A stretch of DNA of 64,000 bases from Oculina patagonica (lineage: Eukaryota). The notes below the pieces were generated by a model, which was given only the letters and a program-made list of their open reading frames with translations, was not told the DNA's origin and did no database searches. The position numbers were made by a program, and so were the translations under genes. The first letter of the stretch is position 1. Every line of letters starts with the position of its first letter. This document shows positions 62,001-64,000 of the stretch, in pieces. Location: positions 17,236,001-17,300,000 of the forward strand of contig NC_135761.1 in the NCBI RefSeq assembly GCF_052425735.1, read 5' to 3'.

Positions 62001-63720
62001 AAAATATTCGGCATAAACAATCGTGTCCTATTAAAAAACGCATTGTTCTCGCCGTAAAAGCGTGGAATATAATTACCATAATTACATCTCTCCTTGGCAA
62101 AATGATCGTATTTAGGCCGGGACACCTTCGGAAATCTCAAAGTTTTGACTTTTCCGACAATTTTGTGGCAGACTACAGCACGGATACAAAACTTCATGAC
62201 TTGCCACTGCAGATTGGTAAACTATGAATACTGTAGTGTGTCATAACAGAAGCGGAATTTTAAAAGAGCGCTTTTAGAAAGAGGTAGAAGACATTAAATT
62301 CAAATTTGCGCACTTAAACCGCCGTAATTTGCTGGCAAACTTTAAATTTAAAAATCCGCTTCTGTTATGACACTCTAGAGGTATTGACTGATTAGTTTTT
62401 GACAAGATCCCAGTGTGCTGTTTTCTACTCGTTCCGCAAACTCTGCCACAAAATCATGTTTTTCCCAATTTGGCACTCACGAGGCTATAACATCGACGTT
62501 AAATGCAATCTACCAGATAAAAGACGACATTCACAATCTTTCATCAATTCTTTATGTCTCTGTAAAATTTGAGCTTAATCGCATCCATAACAGCTGAGAA
62601 ATAAGCGTTTTAAAAGATGCAGGTCAAGCAAAATTTCCCTTCATGAATTTATTCATGCTGTAGGTATCCCCCGCGACCTTAATAAATTAAAATAATACAG
62701 CCATAAATTGCGTCTGTTTGAAATATTTTAATTAAAGGCCCTTTTAAATAGCCAAATGACATATTTCCATACCCTTTCATATACTTAAACGCGTGAAATC
62801 CCTACCCTTTTATATACCTGAAGCCTGAAAAAGGTACCCCTTTCGGGCGGAGCCTCCCCGTATAGGCCATTATAGGGAGTACCCCCCCCGGGGTAAAAGC
62901 TCTACTAAGCCCCCTCTTTTGAAGCCCCCACTCTCTAAAGCCACCCCTCCCCCGATGTTCAGTCTTTATAAGCCAAGATCTCTATGACGCCCACCATCCT
63001 TTCCTAGATCATAAATCATCAAACTTTATGAACAAGAAAACAAGACAACTTTAAGCTTTAAAGGGCATTATTCTTCCACATTAACTTGTTATTATGAAAT
63101 GAATATATGAAACTCATATATATATATGAGTTTCATATATTCATTTCATATCTCCTCCATCCACGGGTATATTACGAACTCACAAGTGACCAGCTCCCAG
63201 TTGGCTTGATTGCTCAGAGGTCATGGATTCGATTCCCGTTCAAGCCTAATTTTTTTTTTCAGGCTTCCTTTTCTCGATCAACTGCCCAAGTTTAGTACAT
63301 TACTGCGATGATCTTTCATTTGCTTAACTTGTTATTGTTGCTATAATTTTTGTAAAAATGTGTTATCGAACATCAATAAAATATGAAACAGGCCACTTTA
63401 TTTCGTTGATGTGCACCCAAATAACTGATACGACCCTATCTATATTAAGCTCCCTACCCCCTCAAAAGCTCCTAAAAAGAAACAAGCCCCCCCCCCGGAG
63501 AGGAGGGAGCGGGCTTAAGGAAGCTTTTACGGTAACTAGATAATGTTGAATTTTGAAAGGTTAAAATTGTTACCTCAACCACAGTATCATTTTCGTCACT
63601 GGTGTTTTTTGCACGACAAAAAAATAAAGTTGTTACACCGTTGTCCTCACTGCAATTGATCAATATCCAGTCCTGCTGAAGATCCAACTGTGGCCGCTCC
63701 TGACCAATTGTCAGATAATC
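50064..63720 (-). CDS. Gene B: inverted second copy (paralog or allele) of gene A; 5' exons lie beyond the window and the stalk exon is interrupted by LINE + Ngaro
   Basis: Exons 63720-63574, 60760-60649, 60071-~60003 with 55275-54607 (split stalk), 53049-52967, 52282-52066, 51113-50916, 50137-50064. Non-stalk exon lengths equal those in gene A (147, 112, 83, 217, 198, 74), with no stops. Functional status depends on splicing around the insertion. Confidence 0.8.
54607..55275 (-). repeat. Coding tandem repeat of the gene B stalk: about 15 x 27-bp (GGMTTSSAA) plus Gly-rich units
   Basis: Visible array; its 3' end MSTTTTQTTA.SSSVVVNK.P matches gene A. Confidence 0.92.
55836..56894 (+). CDS. 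Ngaro gag-like ORF1 (N-terminal SAM-like region, C-terminal Cys/His zinc fingers; premature TGA at 56793-56795)
   Basis: YDNEYRKLQHQYGFRWG motif typical of DIRS/Ngaro ORF1; ICRQFN...GCN*PQCRFQHVC...C...H continues past the internal stop. Confidence 0.8.
56895..58556 (+). CDS. Ngaro reverse transcriptase / RNase H
   Basis: RLIHDCS, KIDLKSAYRHVP, LPFG, YLDDF, FLGI; RNase H motifs TDAC, HINLQE, TDN, N.IADAISR. Confidence 0.95.
   Translation, partial: LGSSSFLHPSPLTNNINAWTENLTNDIDRDYLLTRLTEGFRIVSRDSELRPADVANYKSATGQEVRDKVEEAIREEMQHGNYIVTTAKPTIVSALGAIPKPDSDNIRLIHDCSRPQHSNVNSYSDTKQHYSYVTVDKAVSLIKSNAYLAKIDLKSAYRHVPIHPSNYTATGLAWHFRGDSTLTYLYDCKLPFGAAKSPEIFHRLTQAITRMMERRGFTVLAYLDDFLIISDTAQECKQAYQELIKLLGELGFQINWNKAVGPCQRLTFLGIEIDTVRRQLTLPERILCELRLLLSETTAKRSITKRELQSLVGKLNFAARVVFGGRTFLRRMIDTVNHMRRPHHHARIKSQMRADLEWWTEFLSVFNGKTFFVDSEPVSTEEFSTDACPIGGGGFFRGDWFYVNWAIDYPSMANIHINLQETFTVLVALERWKDDLRDKWITVRTDNTTTLSAINKGTSGNQLAMQWLRKIFWLSATYNFRVTARYIPTASNTIADAISRLHDPTHCEVFVKKLVNLPLAIRPQVTPHLSHNAFVALPSLVQYRLRNSNLMSS
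58520..59516 (+). pseudogene. Ngaro tyrosine recombinase, frameshifted near 58915
   Basis: N-part AQSTTATY...YLRFC...KLPIT is in one frame; C-part FFRKSNL, SKT, LCP, GHSFRRGGA, GDW.S.AY.RY (R-K-HxxR-W-Y catalytic set) is in another. Confidence 0.92.
61733..62678. mobile_element. TTAA-targeting (Kolobok-like) non-autonomous element nested in the previous element
   Basis: 17-bp TIR GGTCGCGGGGGA(C/T)ACCT with TTAA on both sides; the family copy at about 35831 has a single TTAA. Confidence 0.88.
62234..62377. mobile_element. Small MITE-like hairpin with about 31-bp TIR, third nesting level
   Basis: TAGTGTGTCATAACAGAAGCGGA...TCCGCTTCTGTTATGACACTCTA; no clear TSD. Confidence 0.7.
63094..63323 (+). 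mobile_element. tRNA-like SINE/repeat insertion with 13-bp TSD TTAACTTGTTATT
   Basis: TSD at 63081-63093 and 63324-63336; absent from the left copy near 6870. Confidence 0.8.
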
Positions 63721-64000
63721 CTATTAAAGTAATTGAAATTTGAAATTAAGCTATCGAGTTCGATTTCATTTTTTTTTTCATTTCATTTATTTATTCTTTT
63801 CCAAAATTTACAATGATTATATAAAAACTAAACAACTAGAAAAAGAAAAACGAAAAAGGGCAAAAATATTTTAAGCTAATTTGTTGGCCTTGATTTAATT
63901 ACAATAAAAAAGTTTAGGATAAAAAGAAAATTAAACTTAACATATTGAGAGGAAGAGGTATGGGTTCGATTTCCGGGGTACACTAATTTGGTGGTACGAA

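Larger units (their letters stand above)
61524..62892. mobile_element. Non-autonomous DNA transposon, CCCGGG...GTACTCC termini, 8-bp TSD GTAAAAGC
   Basis: TSD at 61516-61523 and 62893-62900; empty site at about 7060 in the left copy; truncated family member at 35620-35942. Confidence 0.9.
40628..64000 (-). repeat. Large inverted copy of the left part of the window
   Basis: 40628-42010 mirrors about 28030-29420; 44204-64000 mirrors about 6181-20377, colinear apart from TE indels. Confidence 0.95.

Overview
Eukaryotic, AT-rich, intron- and repeat-rich animal DNA; the repeat families and gene types resemble a cnidarian, probably a stony coral (inference only). There are two assembly gaps (4883-5016 and a round 500-N gap at 40128-40627). 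The window holds a cluster of spliced genes for stalked cell-surface glycoproteins. Gene A (+, 1750-15037, 9 coding exons, about 592 aa) reads signal peptide - DOMON - Ser/Thr/Gly stalk - SEA-like domain - 8-Cys module - GPI-type tail. Gene P (+, 32983 to beyond 39761, cut by the gap) reads signal peptide - two pentraxin domains - Thr/Ala stalk - the same type of SEA-like exon. A divergently oriented pentraxin pseudogene lies on the minus strand at 20164-23704. Most of the sequence right of the 500-N gap is an inverted second copy of the left side (40628-42010 vs 28030-29420; 44204-64000 vs 6181-20377). It is either a real inverted duplication or, quite plausibly, the other haplotype mis-scaffolded. 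It carries gene B, whose stalk exon is interrupted by an L2-type LINE fragment that contains a complete Ngaro-type tyrosine-recombinase retrotransposon. The most striking observations are (1) an RTE LINE insertion in a pentraxin exon whose target-site duplication creates a precisely excisable new intron, (2) a LINE tail that supplies an in-frame splice acceptor that could rescue gene B, and (3) a swappable-head (DOMON vs pentraxin) mucin/SEA-like protein family with fast-turnover stalks. All exon models were assembled by hand from splice signals and reading frame, without transcript evidence.
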